Below the pieces are notes generated by a model, which ran no database searches, had not been told where the DNA came from, and saw only the letters and a list, made by a program, of their open reading frames with translations. 64,000 nucleotides of DNA from Takakia lepidozioides (Eukaryota; Plantae; Bryophyta), in contig CM060732.1 of NCBI GenBank assembly GCA_030704615.1, forward strand, positions 74,090,001-74,154,000. The letters are read 5' to 3'. Shown one piece after another: positions 12,145 through 24,748 of the stretch (position 1 is its first letter; every line of letters starts with the position of its first letter). A program made the position numbers and the translations under genes.

Positions 12145-15100
12145 TCGTGTCCTCACGGTTTACTGTTTGGGATTAGCAAACCTTTGTGAGCGAGCACCCT
12201 TTTGACGTTGAGAGTCTCGTGAAGGACTCTGTGTGCGAACCCGAGGTCTGTCACTGGTTGACGGAGATGATTGAACACTACCTGGATATGTCATCCCTCT
12301 AAGGCTGATATCGAGGTAATCTTTCAGGCATAGGAGACCCCCGTCGCTTCTTCTCTGCCATCTGAATTGCATAGTCCTCTGCCATGTCAAAAGAGTCCGC
12401 TCAAGAAACAGTTGTATCAGAATCCTCATCGCCTCTTAGGTGTTTTAATGGCCGAACTTTTTGTGGAATCCTCTGGGGCATACAATATTGTCCCACCATG
12501 TCTGGGAGTTTAAACTGCAAAACTTGATGTAAGCGCTGATGGCAAAATTGGTGAAGACCCTGAGCTCCTTGTCTGTCCAGGTGAGTGGGGTACCAATGAC
12601 TTGTGAATTGTGCAAGTATTTCCATGCCTAATGTCCCTTAAAGAAAATATCGTCAGAGCCGAATTTCTGTGTTGACAAATTGTTCCAGGCCGCATGAAAC
12701 CATGAACGAATCTGAGAATCCTTTTGCATCATAACTTTTGTCTCATATAGGTACATATGAGGTGGCACTGAAGGTAAGACCCAATGATCCCCACTGGAAT
12801 AATTCAGAAAGCGCGATTGCATCTTCTGCTGCTCAATGTGATAACGTGCCAGAAAACAAGCAGCGTAGTATAATCCGCAGTCCATGACAATACTTGCTAT
12901 CTCCTTGGTCTTGGTATAAATGAATCCATGTACAACTTGGAAGGCAATTAATTCCTTCAACATGGTACTTGCCTCATGCCAGTACTGCGCAAAGTGATGA
13001 TCCTCAATTGGTTGATTGTTCGGAAGAACTTTAGTCCTAGTTGCCACTGGCAGCCAAATGCGCATGATTTGATAGTAATGTGCCAACGACTGCGGAGGAC
13101 TAAATTCTTTCCAAGCCAAATCCAACACAATGGGAATTTGGTTGAAGGGCATAATCATAGCCGATTGTACTCCCTGCAGCAGGAGTTTTAGGTGGGTTAA
13201 AAGCAGCATTCCCCCATACCTCAGGCTGTGGTGGCTGTGGTGTGGCTGTAGTAACAACAGGGTCAGCTACTGGCACATTGACTTGTTGTGGTGTTGGTGG
13301 CACTGGCTCTTGTACCATTGGCATCTCCTGCACCCCCTACGAAGAAGACTGAAAGCCAAAGTTCTGGCTTGTAAATAAGAAGCCATCAGTTGCTCCTCAG
13401 GTACAAAGACTCTCTTGTCAATATTTGATGTCAGGTCCTCCACCTGAGTCTGCAGGCCGTCTACATCCTCTTGTAGCTCCGCTATCCTATATAGACATTG
13501 TCTATAGTAGTTGTGGCAATGTTCTGCACTTGCAGTCTGAGCTCATTCAAATCTCGCTTTGGGTGAGGTTTTTGTGGTGCTTTGCCTTCACCGGCCCTTG
13601 TGCTAACCAGACCTGCATAAGGTGGTTATCCACCAAGTTGCTTGTGGCACCCCTGAGAGTCTGCTCCTCTGTGAGCCTGTACACATCTATCTGCTGCTGT
13701 AAAGCCTCCATGCGCTTCGCATGAGGTTCAACCAAATTCGCATATGCAGCAGCCAGATTATTGGCTTCCTTCCAAGCCTTGTTAGCCACAGAGAGTTCAT
13801 TTCTATTGGACATGAGCGTTTGTTGCAATTCCAGGATGTACCTCTCTTGGTCAGCTTCAACCTGCCTGTATTGCTTGAAGTATTCTCATTGCGACAGATT
13901 GTATTCTTCATATCGACAATGAGTTTCGCTTGCTCGACATTCTCTGCCTCTGCCTTCGTACATCTTTCCGCTTGACTGTTAACTTCTAATGTAGTTGCTC
14001 AAGCGTAGTTGTGAGTGTAGCACATTGTATGGCCATCCTGTCATGCACTGTCTGCAACTCCGTATGTAGTGCATTCACTTCTTGCAACTTGCTTTCATGC
14101 TTCACCTGCATTTGGTATAGCTGTTGCTTATGTGCTTCGTGCAACTGGTCTTGCGCGAGGCCTGCCTCAATCAATTGTTCCTTGGCCAATTGCAAAGCAG
14201 CTTTTGTACTCTCTAAGTCTTGCTGTATCTTGAGAGTGACCTCCTCATCGACCTTGTTTGCACACTCAGTGGCAAGTCGAGCCTCAAACTCCTTCCTGAG
14301 TTCCTCCCTCAAAGCTGCCAATTGGGTAGTTGGAACATGGGATTTGACATAAGTGCCCAACAAATTAAGTGTCCTGCTTATGGAACTCATAAGCATGGCC
14401 TGTTGAGGGTCATCATGGTGAGCTTGCTGCTGTTCTCCCTGATCCTCAACAGTGTGATGCCTCACGAACCATTCAGGCCATTGCCCCACCAGATTTTCTT
14501 CCTGAACCACTTCATCCGTCACAGGTGCTGCAGTGTCTTGACATTCTACCTGTGGTACCTCCGTCACAGTGTGTGTATTATATGCACGCAGGGTTTCCCC
14601 TGGACAACCGCTGCACCTCTGAATCATTGTTTCCTGACCAAACCAGAATTTTCATAGAGAAGGTCCCCCTTCTCAATTTCTGCCACCACCTGTTCTGTAG
14701 TGGGGATATCTAACCCTTCTTTCTCCAAATCAATTATTTGTGGTGGAACTGCATGGACAACTTGTGGTAACTCTGTGACAAGCCGATCATCTGGCTGTGA
14801 TGGCTGTGATACTGAAGTAACTTCCTCTTCCCTCTCTGAAGGCCCTGCTTCCAATAATAGCAGCTCTCTGTGCTGCTGTGCCCCTTCCTGCACAAGAGCT
14901 TGGGAAACATTATCATGCGGTTTCCGTGAAGCCAGTGGATCCGCCACTACAGTCTTTCCCCGCCTCTGTCTCTTAGACTGGGGTTGCCCTGCCAGTCCAC
15001 CCTCACTGTGTGAAGAGCCTTGCTCTTCCATTGCAGTGGTTTCGGCCTCAAACACTCCCATCTCCTTTCTTTCCCGAGCATCAAGTATGCAAGAATCAAG

Positions 15101-16010
15101 AATTATTTGAGCAATGATTGGGCCAGACACTATGATAGGAGACTTTGCGGCAGTGCCTGTAATCTTTTCATCTCCTCTACCAGTGCGTTGTACATTATGT
15201 CCGCCCATGCTACCTCTTCTCCTCTCAGGGCTTTGAGTATTTCCTCTGTGAAGGATCTGCTCAAATACTGTTGGTTCTGTTTCATGGCAACAGAACGTTC
15301 AATACCTGGCCTACCTCCTTAGCCCTGGGTACACGGCCTTGGTACAAGCATAACCCTGAGTTTTAAAGAAACTCCCTTCTTGGAATAAGTCCCCTATTTG
15401 CAGTCTTGCCCTGTGCTCCTCCACATGCACCTGACCTGATGGCAATTCAAACAATTGCTGTAGGTATAGGGGAGTAATTTCTAATTCAACTCCCTTCACC
15501 GTTGTTGCTCCTGTCCTAGGCTCAAAGTTCTGCAAGAATTGTAACATGTACTGCCTATGGTGCAATGTCCAATCTTTGCTTTGCAATCCTTCTAATCGCA
15601 GCTCCTTCAGTAACTGTACCGCCTGTGGAGTAGCAATCGTTTGTTTCTGCAGGATTGTGGTGCTCTTCACCCTGATTTCTTCCATTCCTCTCACTCTCTT
15701 CATTCTAGACCCACAGAAAGGTTTTGGCTGTAACAATTGAAGAAATGCCTGCAGGCACAAAGCATAAACGTATGGTTGCCACAAAATGCTATGGGTAATT
15801 TCTTGTAAGCCTGCGGGGCTTGCAAGCATCGATTAAGAGAAAAGATACTCTCTGTTCTTCTATCCCCGTGCCACTGCGTAAGTAGTATCGCGAGCGTATA
15901 GTCTGTTAGTTCCTCCATAGCTTCAAAGCTATAGCATTGATGGTCTGTCCCGTCGAGACGCCCGTTACTTGGAACGACGCGACTCTTGCGCTTAAAATCC
16001 CTCCAATTTC
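12140..16010 (-). pseudogene. Long 3' extra ORF of copy 2 (frameshifted)
   Basis: ORFs 15700..15918, 15311..15829, 14624..15208, 13986..14627, 13547..13828 and 12628..13257 match the copy 1 extra-ORF peptides. Confidence 0.8.
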
Positions 16011-16631
16011 TTGATCCTGCTTCTGGCTTATGATTGGCTGTAACTGCTGTGACTGGATTTTAGATTTAATTTCCTTCCATGGATTTTCCACTCTGGACTG
16101 TCCACTAGGATAGCACATGTGACATGGATTTCGCTTTTCGGTACTTTTAAAGGGTTCCGTTACCCTTTCCCGTATGCATTAATGGGCCCATAATAAGTTA
16201 ATGTGCCGGGTAGGTACTTTGACGCCAATTTTGTCTTCTTCCTTGATGACACTTCTTTGCATCCATGTCCGGCTGTGTGTTCGCCCTGGCGTCCACGTGT
16301 CCATTTTTAAACTGCTTCCGTCCACTTTTCCGCCGGCCACTTCTGGATGTTAACCCACGTCCACCTGTCACTGATCTATGGATTGTGTAACCCCAGTAGG
16401 CTGTGTTGAGCTGTGACAGGCTGTGTCATACTGTGGTACGCTGTGATAGGCTGTGTGCACTGTGGTAAGCTGTGATAGGCTGTGACACGCTGTGTAGGTT
16501 GTGATAGGCTGTGTGCGCTGTGATAGGCAGGCTGTGATATGATGGGCTGTGATAGGCTGTGTCGCGCCTGTACTGCCCGCCCTGGTCATATACGCTCGGC
16601 CTAGCGACAAGTGCTCCATACTCTGTTGGTA

Positions 16632-19600
16632 TCACTGGCGCAGCCCGTGACTGCTTTGCGTTTCAACATGCAAATCATGCTGCAATGGTTTGTCATGGAT
16701 ACCACTGTACCCCTTCAACTTATTGGCATTGACTCTTCCCAGCATCTCTTTGTTAATGGTTTGTAACATGGCGGTGTTGTTATCATACATCTTCTGTATG
16801 ACATAAGGTCCTTTCCATGGTGATTTAAGCTTAGAAGCTTTAATCTTTCCCTTCTTCTGCAACCAGAGAACCAAATCTCCCGTCTTAAAAGTCTTTAACT
16901 TGCCTTCATCAAACTGTTCTTTCTCTTCATCTGAATTCTGGTCATGTTATCAGCTGCATCAGCACGTACTTCTTCCACATGGTATAATTCATGTTTCCTG
17001 ACCTTAATTGAATCTTGCAATTCCATTCTCTTTCCCCATTCCGTTCTCATGGTAGGTAACAGGAATTCCACTGGAAGTAAAGCTTCCATACCATAAACTA
17101 ATTGGAATGGTGTATACTTAGTGGTGACTTTATATGAAGTCCTGTATGACCACAAAGCTGTCAGCAGCTTTGTATCCCAATCCGTTCTGTTTGCATTGAC
17201 TATCTTAGCCAAGATAGTACATAGTATTTTGTTGGTAGCCTCTGCCTGCCCATTACCCTGTGGGTAATATGTTGTACTCTTCCTATGCACAATCATGAAC
17301 TCTTTAGTCAATAATTCAATGGTCTCATTAATGAAGTGACTTCCCTGATCACTGATAAATTCCAAGGGACAGCCAAATCGTGTAAGTATGTTCTCATACA
17401 GGAACCTTGCTGTGGACTTGGCTGTGTTGTCCCTCAAAGCTTTAGCTTCCACCCACTTCGTAGTATAATCAGTGGCTGTAATTATGTACCTGTTCTGTGT
17501 ATTCTTGGCTGGTGGGTTAATTGGTCCAACAAAGTCTAGTCCCCATTTCTGAAATGGTTCCGTAGGCATTGTAGGATGCAAAGCCATCTTCCCAGATCTC
17601 TGCAAAGGTCCTAGCCTCTGACATTCATCACAACTCTGACAATACTTGTGTACATCTTTGAACAAAGTAGGCCACCAGTAACCTGCATGTAGTATCTTCC
17701 TACTGGTAGTCTCTTCTCCAAAATGACCTCCTGCCACTCCTTTATGAACTTCCTCCAAAACTTTATTAACTTCATGGTGGTATAAGCATCGCTTCAGCAC
17801 TCCATCTGGTCCTAGCTTATACATTCTGCTCCCTACCATAGTGTAAGGTAGAGCCTTGATAGCAATTCTCTTTCTCTGCTCCTTTCCATAACTTGGTGGG
17901 CACTGACCATGAGCAAGGTAGTATCTGATTGGCCACTGCCAATCTAACCAGTCATCTGCACTTCCCTGCACCTCCACTGCAAATAGACTCGCATCTGGTA
18001 ATTGATCATCTACTAGTGGCTGGTTCTCCTGTTGATAACCGTGACAAGTGATCCGCCACAAGATGCAGCCTCCCAGGCTTGTAAACAACCTCGAACTCAA
18101 ACTCGTGCAAGATTATCAACCATCTTGCTATTCTTCCGCTTATCAGAGGTTTGTTTACCAGGTATTCAGAGCCTGGTGATCCACATAGAACATAAACTTC
18201 TTGCCCAACAGGTAATGCCTGAATTTCTTCACTGCATAGATCATTGCCAATGCTTCTCTTTCCGTTGTGCTATAATTTCTTTCGGCATTGTTCATCAATC
18301 GGCTAGCATAGTACACAGGTGAATCTATATTCCTGTAACATTTTGGGCTAACACTGCTCCTAGTGCTTCTCCAGAGCATCACAGTGAACATGAAATAACT
18401 GCCAGTGAGGTTAATCAGCACAGGTGTAGTTGTTACTGACAATGTAAGTTCCTCAAAAGCCTGTTGACATTCAGGTGTCCATGCAAACACTGCATCTTTC
18501 TCAGAAGTTTGCTCAATGGTGCTGCTATCTGTGCATACCGTCTGACAAATCTTCTGTAATACTGGTTTGTCCCAGGAATCTCCTTAGACTCTTAACATTT
18601 ACTGGTGGTGGAGAGGCTTTAATGGCCTCTGTCTTCCTGGGATCCACAAGAAGTCCCCTCTTACACAATGTGTCCCAGAAGCACCCCTGTTCACACAGAA
18701 AGTACACTTCTCTGGATTCAGGCCCAGACCTCTCATCCTGCATCTGGCCAGACATAACTCCAATTTATGCAAGTGCTCATTCTTAGAGCTGTACACACTG
18801 AAATCATCCAAGAACACCTGCATGAAATCATCCAGATACTCATGAAAAGATTCACTTATCACTCTCTGAAAGGTTGCTGGTGCATTACAAAGTCCAAAGG
18901 GCATGACTTTGTATGCATAAGCACCCCAGTCTGTGATGAAAGCTGTCTTTCCCTGGTCTTCTTCTGCCACTTGCACTTGATTATAACCACTGAAGCCATC
19001 CATGAATGAGTACATCTCATGGCCTGCCACAGTGTCCAATACTGCTTCTGTGAATGGCAAAGGGAAAGGATCTTTCTTCGTACAAGCATTCAGCTTCTTG
19101 TAGTTCACACAAACTCTTAGTTTACCATTCTTCTTGGGAACTATCACAATGGGTGACAACCAAGTTGTATACTCTATTGGGTATATAAACTTAGCCTCAG
19201 CCAACTTCTTGATCTCTTCTCCAACCTTCTGTGCATAGTTGGGATTCATTCTGTACCTTGCCTGCTTGATTGGTACTGACCCTGGTTCCAGTTCAATCTT
19301 ATGCTGCAGGTGGTATCCCTTTTAGATCCTCATAGCTCCAAGCAAATACATCTCTGTATTTGATGAACAAACTCTTAGCTTCTTCAAAGAATTCTGGCTC
19401 CAAATCAGCTCCTACCTTCACCATCCTCGGTTCCTCTTAGTTCCCACATTCACTTCCCTCACCTGCTCATCAGCTGTGATTGTCCAACCAGTCACCACTT
19501 CATCCTGTAAACTCACAGTGGCTGGTTCCTCTAGGATTTCCATTTCTCCTTCTCTTTCTTCATAGAAATGTGATGGGTAACTGCTGGTTTCCTCTTCAAT

Positions 19601-22600
19601 TGGTGTTGCTGACACTACACCACAGCAGATACCTCTTAAACAACTTAGGCCTTCCAGCCGCATCTCTGCAACCTGCTCCACTCTGGTGTGCAGCGAACAG
19701 GGTAGCTTCCTGCTCCTCATCCAGTCCTCCTCTCCAGTCATACTCTCTGACCCCTCGAGGTCTTCTCGTAGCAGGTAATCTACTAGATTTCTTTGTGGTA
19801 ATTTGTATCTCGTGCATCCCATTATGCACGGTTAGTAACTGAGAATTCCAGTCATGGAATACCCTGGCCTGTTTCAGCCACGGACGTCCCAATAATAAGG
19901 AGTAAGCCTCCATGACTTCATCCATCTTCAACACAGTTACTGTGATCATAAAGATCATCTTCTGTATCTGTATCTTAACTCCTCTTATCAATCCCAATGG
20001 CTGTACACTTCTTTGATCTGCCATTGTTACTGTAAATGGGGCTGGTTTCATGTTACTTAGACCAAGCTTCTTCCTTAATTGGTCTGTCATGATATTTACT
20101 CCAGACCTCCATCTATCAGTACATCAGTTAGTTCTGTGCTTCCAATTCTCAATTGGATTGGCATAGAATCATCAAAGTCCATGACTGTTTCTCGCCCTTC
20201 CGGCTTCACATATAACTGGTCACCTTGCTGTTCAGGTCTGTGTTTCCTGTCTCCTGGGCAATTCGATTGATTGCTTGATACAGCCTGTGTCTACAATAAG
20301 GTGCCACAGCCAATAGCTGTCCAATGGTAATCTCTGCTTTGGTCTGGCATATTACTTCAGCCAAAGTCCCTTCATTACTTTGCATGTCTGCAACTTCTTT
20401 CTTCCTTTCATCCTCACTCACTTCTTCTTCTCCATCAGAATCAGAGGAATCTGCCACAGGAATATCAGTACTCTTCTGCATTTCCCTTATGGTATCTGCC
20501 ACTTCCTTGTGCAGTTCCTTCTCATCTCTCCAAGCCTCATCATCTTCAGGCATATCACTGCCATCTTCATTATCATCATCTTCCTCAACTACTGGAGGTA
20601 TTAGTTTGGCTTTGCTCTTGTTACTATCATTGTACTTACTTCTGGTACAACACATGGCCTAACCATGTGAGCTGCCACCACTGGGCCCTCATTCACAGGA
20701 GCTCTCATCTCATTCTGGTGTCTAATCCAGAATGAACAGGCTGCCTTGCGATGTCCTGGCTGATTACAATAGTAACACAGTTCTTCACCATTGGGTCCTC
20801 GCCCTTGGTCTGCTCTTGGATTATTTCTGTAATCCTGATTCCCTGGCTGGTAATTCCCCTTGGATTACCCTGATAGTTGCCTCTGGAATTTCCTTGGTAA
20901 TTCCCTCTTGAATTACCTCTCCCTTCCATGCCATTGTTATAACCACCAGGCCTACCATAGTGGTCCTGATCATTGTTTCTTCTTGGCTGGGGCTGCACTT
21001 GATGCACCCTTACTTGCCTAGGTTCTCTTGCAGCTGTCCTTCTGTTGTAGTAACAATTCTCAGTAGAATGGTTATCCATTTACAGATAGTACAGTGTTTC
21101 TCCTTCATGTGGCATTCAGTGGTGGTATGGCCTTCATTCTGGCACTTTGCACACCAAACACCCTTCCTCCAATGTGTTGCAGCCTCTGTGGCATACTTCT
21201 TCAAGATTTCTTCTAATCTTTTCTCATAGTTATCCCTCTTCAACTTCTCCTTTCTCTTACTCTTCCTTTTCAGTTCTTGCTCTTCTTCTTCATCTGACTC
21301 ATCCTCAGAGTCCTCATCATCCTTTTTCTCTCTCCTGAGCATTCCCAATTGCTCAATTCTGTTTGCAGTTTCAAATGCCTCCTCCACTGTATTATGGGGT
21401 AACATATCCACTTTCTTTGCAACTCTGGTCTTAGTCCACTCACAAACCAAGTCTTCTGTAAACCTGGTGCTGGTACACAGCCAGCTTTTTCATCATCAAT
21501 TCCATCTTTTCCATATACTCCTCAACAGTTTCATGCTTCTTTTGCTTTAACTGTGTAAACTTCCATACACTTCATCCTCAGTTTTACTTGTCCTGAACCT
21601 ATTTCGGAATGTTGTATTCAAGCCATTCCAGGTTAGGAAATGATTATCAGGGAATCTTGCATACCATTCACTTGCTTTCTTGATAAGTGAACAAGGAAAC
21701 ATCTCATCTTGGCATCATCGCCATTCTCATTGTTCACTATACACATGTGCTCAAATTGGCTAATGTGTACATCGGGATCCCCTTTTCCTGAATATATTGG
21801 AAAAATGTGGTTTTGCCCGTGTTGGTTGTAACGCCATCTGTGGCCCTACCTTCTGCCCACTGACAGGTGCTGGCACCCTTGCTGGTGCTGGACCTGTTGT
21901 TGTTGTGGTGGATCTTCCACCAAGTGGTGGCCCCTGAGCACTCCCTGCTACTGGCCCCACGATATTCACAGTATTCCCAGCTCAGTTGCACTACTTCCCA
22001 CACTCCCTGTCCCCCCAGAGCCAGATCCAGGCAGCCCGCCTGATCCCCCTGAGCCGACACCTTCGTTGGCCTGTGATCCAAGTGCTCCACTTGATCCAGG
22101 TCCAACGGGTTGGGATGTCCTGGTTGTAGTCTCAACCTCAGCTGTTGGGTCTACTTCTTCATACTCTTCTCTTCCAATTTCTTCTCTCTATTTTCATCCT
22201 CCAAGTTCTGCCCTTGGGTTTCTTCTTCACTCATGTAACTCAACTGCAATGGTGTTGAGAGTCTGAACTCTCCGTTGGCTCTGCCACATCCTCTCCTCCT
22301 TCTTCACCTTCCGCTTCAGAAACTGGAGTTCCTGCTTTTGGTGTTCCATGCCAACTCTTATCAAAGATTTCTGTCAAATCTTTTATCCAGGGATGTACCT
22401 CAGATCTTTCACCTCGTGATTGATCTTCTTCCCGTACCAATTCCCTTAATCTTTCTTGCAAAGAAAAAGAAGGAGTGGCATCCAACTCTAGTTCTTCCGG
22501 TATGGGTGATGTACTCTCTGATCTTAATGGTGTGAGAGGTCCAGATGATTCCCCTATGTCTATTCCTCTCTCCCAAAGATATGGATAATTAGCTTTCAGA

Positions 22601-22656
22601 TAGCTTTCTCTTTTTGCTGAATATCTCTGGAGTCTAGCTTCTCTTTCATCACTCAT
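16632..22656 (-). pseudogene. gag-pol polyprotein of copy 2 (frameshifted)
   Basis: Begins MSDEREARLQ (22656). Gag core with DPDVH-like motif near 21770, knuckles, PR (19596..20090), RT with FLDD (18599..19249), RH (18155..18490), INT (16895..18100). Confidence 0.93.
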
Positions 22657-22677
22657 GTCCCATGTCTTTCATTTCTT

Positions 22678-23223
22678 TTAATGTGGCAATAACCAAAACT
22701 CTCTTCTGTAATATCTCTCGTATATGCCTGGGTTTCTTTCAAGCTTCAATGCACCCTTGGCTATACTAGAAGTCTCCGTTACCATATAACCATATGGCAA
22801 ACAAGTCTGGAAAGCTGTTCTTGGTGTGAGTTTGATCCACAAAATATCCTTTGGAATCCAATTCTTTACCAGTACAAGCTCTTCATGCATATGAGTATAA
22901 ACATTCACCTTTCTTTCCTCCCAGCCTTCAAACTCTACTCGCTTAATGGATAGCAATGCTATCACATAAACCAGTGTTGGTAACCAACGTGCTCTTCCTC
23001 TACAGGCCACCTGATAAATCTTTATCACTCCTTTCTCCAGACCCCACTCAGGGTCAGCATCATGCACTCTCTTAAGAATGTTTTCTTTACAACCGTCTGG
23101 CAATTCCAAGAACCTCTGAAAGAATCGTTTGGACAATCTTTCCTTCTCAGTTTCACAGGGAATTTGATTCACATCAAATTCTTTAATTCTCCATCCACCA
23201 TGATCCCACCAGATGCCTGTCAC
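22678..23223 (-). CDS. Extra 5' ORF (181 aa) between PBS and gag, unknown function
   Basis: Open frame with protein-like composition filling the leader, ending 21 nt before the gag ATG. The start codon is uncertain (GTG; a nearby ATG is out of frame). Confidence 0.6.
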   Translation of the reverse strand: MTGIWWDHGGWRIKEFDVNQIPCETEKERLSKRFFQRFLELPDGCKENILKRVHDADPEWGLEKGVIKIYQVACRGRARWLPTLVYVIALLSIKRVEFEGWEERKVNVYTHMHEELVLVKNWIPKDILWIKLTPRTAFQTCLPYGYMVTETSSIAKGALKLERNPGIYERYYRREFWLLPH

Positions 23224-23244
23224 ATCTGGTTGTTCATGACCCAG

Positions 23245-23262
23245 TTCCCAGTATGGTCGCCA
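23245..23262 (-). promoter_or_regulatory. Primer binding site, tRNA-Arg-like
   Basis: TGGCGACCATACTGGGAA 2 nt after the 5' LTR; complementary to a tRNA ending ...TGGTCG-CCA, as in plant tRNA-Arg (isoacceptor not certain). Confidence 0.8.
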
Positions 23263-23264
23263 AA

Positions 23265-24265
23265 TGTCGCGCGGCTTTTACTCACCCATCCCTTCGCTAT
23301 CCGAGGTGGGAACTCCAAGATAGAAGAGTTGGAAATCTCTAAGCACTCAGCCCGCTCAGAACAATCAGTCATCGACCTACCGCGAGTGTATCATGGGGTG
23401 TTTCCTATTTGTAACTCCTTCCCACATTCATTTAGCGAGTTACCTTACTATCTGCAATTAAGTATCAGTTTGCTTAGAATTCTATCAAGTTCCATCCTTC
23501 ATTCCACAGCTTCACTCAGGTCTCTCTACACAGTGTGAGTATGAAGTATGTATCAGATTAATATCTATCAAGTATCAGGCTGAAGCCATGGTGTCTCTAA
23601 TCTACTCTACATTACAATTCTACAGCTTGCATTCATCAAGTAACAACAGATCGTCACTTCTCCTACTGCGTGCTCTTCATCTTTCTACTCAGAGATGCGC
23701 TCTCCGCTTCATTTCCCCCCAGTGATGTCCGAAGTCATCCCAGAAGCAATCCTCTTCCCCCAGAAGTGATCCCCCTCGATGTCCCCGCTTCCCGCTTATC
23801 TCTTTACTAGCCGTTCTAACCGCTTTCCTAACTAACCGTTATATTTGTAATACACGTTCTTTTTTCCGATGTCGTTCCCCCACTGTCGTTCCCTGCCAAT
23901 GGTAACTATTCCCCAGCTGTGCCGAGCTGTGACTGGCTGTATCAGGCTGTGGCGGGCTGTGACTGGCTGTGTCGGGCTGTGTAGGACTGTGCGAAGCTGT
24001 GGCGGCTGTGTCGGGCTGTGACGGGCTGTGTTGGACTGTGTCGAGCTTGTCGGGCTATGTCGAGCTATGAGTGGCTGTGCGACTGTGTCGGGCTGTGTCG
24101 GGCTGTGTCGAGCGTGTTAAGCTGTGACTGGCTGTGTGACTGTGACGGGCTGTGACTGGTCTATGTAAAAAAATAAGGGTACCCTTTGGAACCCATAAAA
24201 AATGTCTAAGTCCCAGACCCCACAGAACTCATAAAAGTGCCCAAGTCCCTGGCAGTTCTCTAACA
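23265..24265 (-). repeat. 5' LTR of copy 2 (1001 bp)
   Basis: Near-identical to 11216-12121 but with a longer ggctgt tract. Confidence 0.95.
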
Positions 24266-24748
24266 AGCCACCCTACGGACTTAGCCATTTTCGGAGCCCT
24301 GACTGGAAATTCGGCGCCATTTTCCCAGGTCCGGCCCGAAAATGGCTAAGTCCCAGAACGGCAATAGGCCCAGAACTGGAAAAAATGGCGCCGAATTTCC
24401 AGTTCAGGGCCAGCCACCCTAGGGACTTAGCCATTTTCGGAGCCCTGACTGGAAATTCGGCGCCATTTTCCCAGGTCCAGCCCAAAAATGGCTAAGTCCC
24501 AGAACGGCAATAGGGCCCAGAACTGGAAAAATGGCGCCGAATTTCCAGTTCAGGGCCAGCCACCCTAGGGACTTAGCCATTTTCGGAGCCCTGACTGGAA
24601 ATTCGGCGCCATTTTCCCAGGTCCGGCCCGAAAATGGCTTAGTCCCATATGGCCTTGACCTGGAAAAATGGCGCCGAATTTCCAGTTCAGGGCCAGCCAC
24701 CCTAGGGACTTAGCCATTTTCAGAGCCCTAATCTGGAAATTCGGCGAA
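24266..24748. repeat. Palindrome-motif tandem array 1, right part (about 146-bp monomers)
   Basis: ccctagggacttagcc recurs at about 24271, 24417, 24563 and 24700; each monomer has two inverted copies of the GGCGCC-core motif. Confidence 0.93.

Larger units (their letters stand above)
11216..24265 (-). mobile_element. Complete Ty3/gypsy LTR retrotransposon copy 2 (13.05 kb) with a 5-bp TSD
   Basis: Paired LTRs 11216-12121 and 23265-24265, TG..CA termini, TSD AGCCA at 11211-11215 and 24266-24270, PBS, PPT and full gag-pol domain set. Confidence 0.97.

Noticed and set aside
1-21250. Single inverted duplication or fold-back artefact
   Set aside because: Copy 2 has its own TSD and matched LTR pair, and the copy 1 LTR is clearly diverged, so these are two separate insertions.
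1-24265. Programmed frameshifts in gag-pol or the extra ORF
   Set aside because: Breaks fall at different positions in the two copies and are mostly 1-bp indels, also seen between paired LTRs. This fits decay or long-read consensus error, so the elements may be more intact than they appear.
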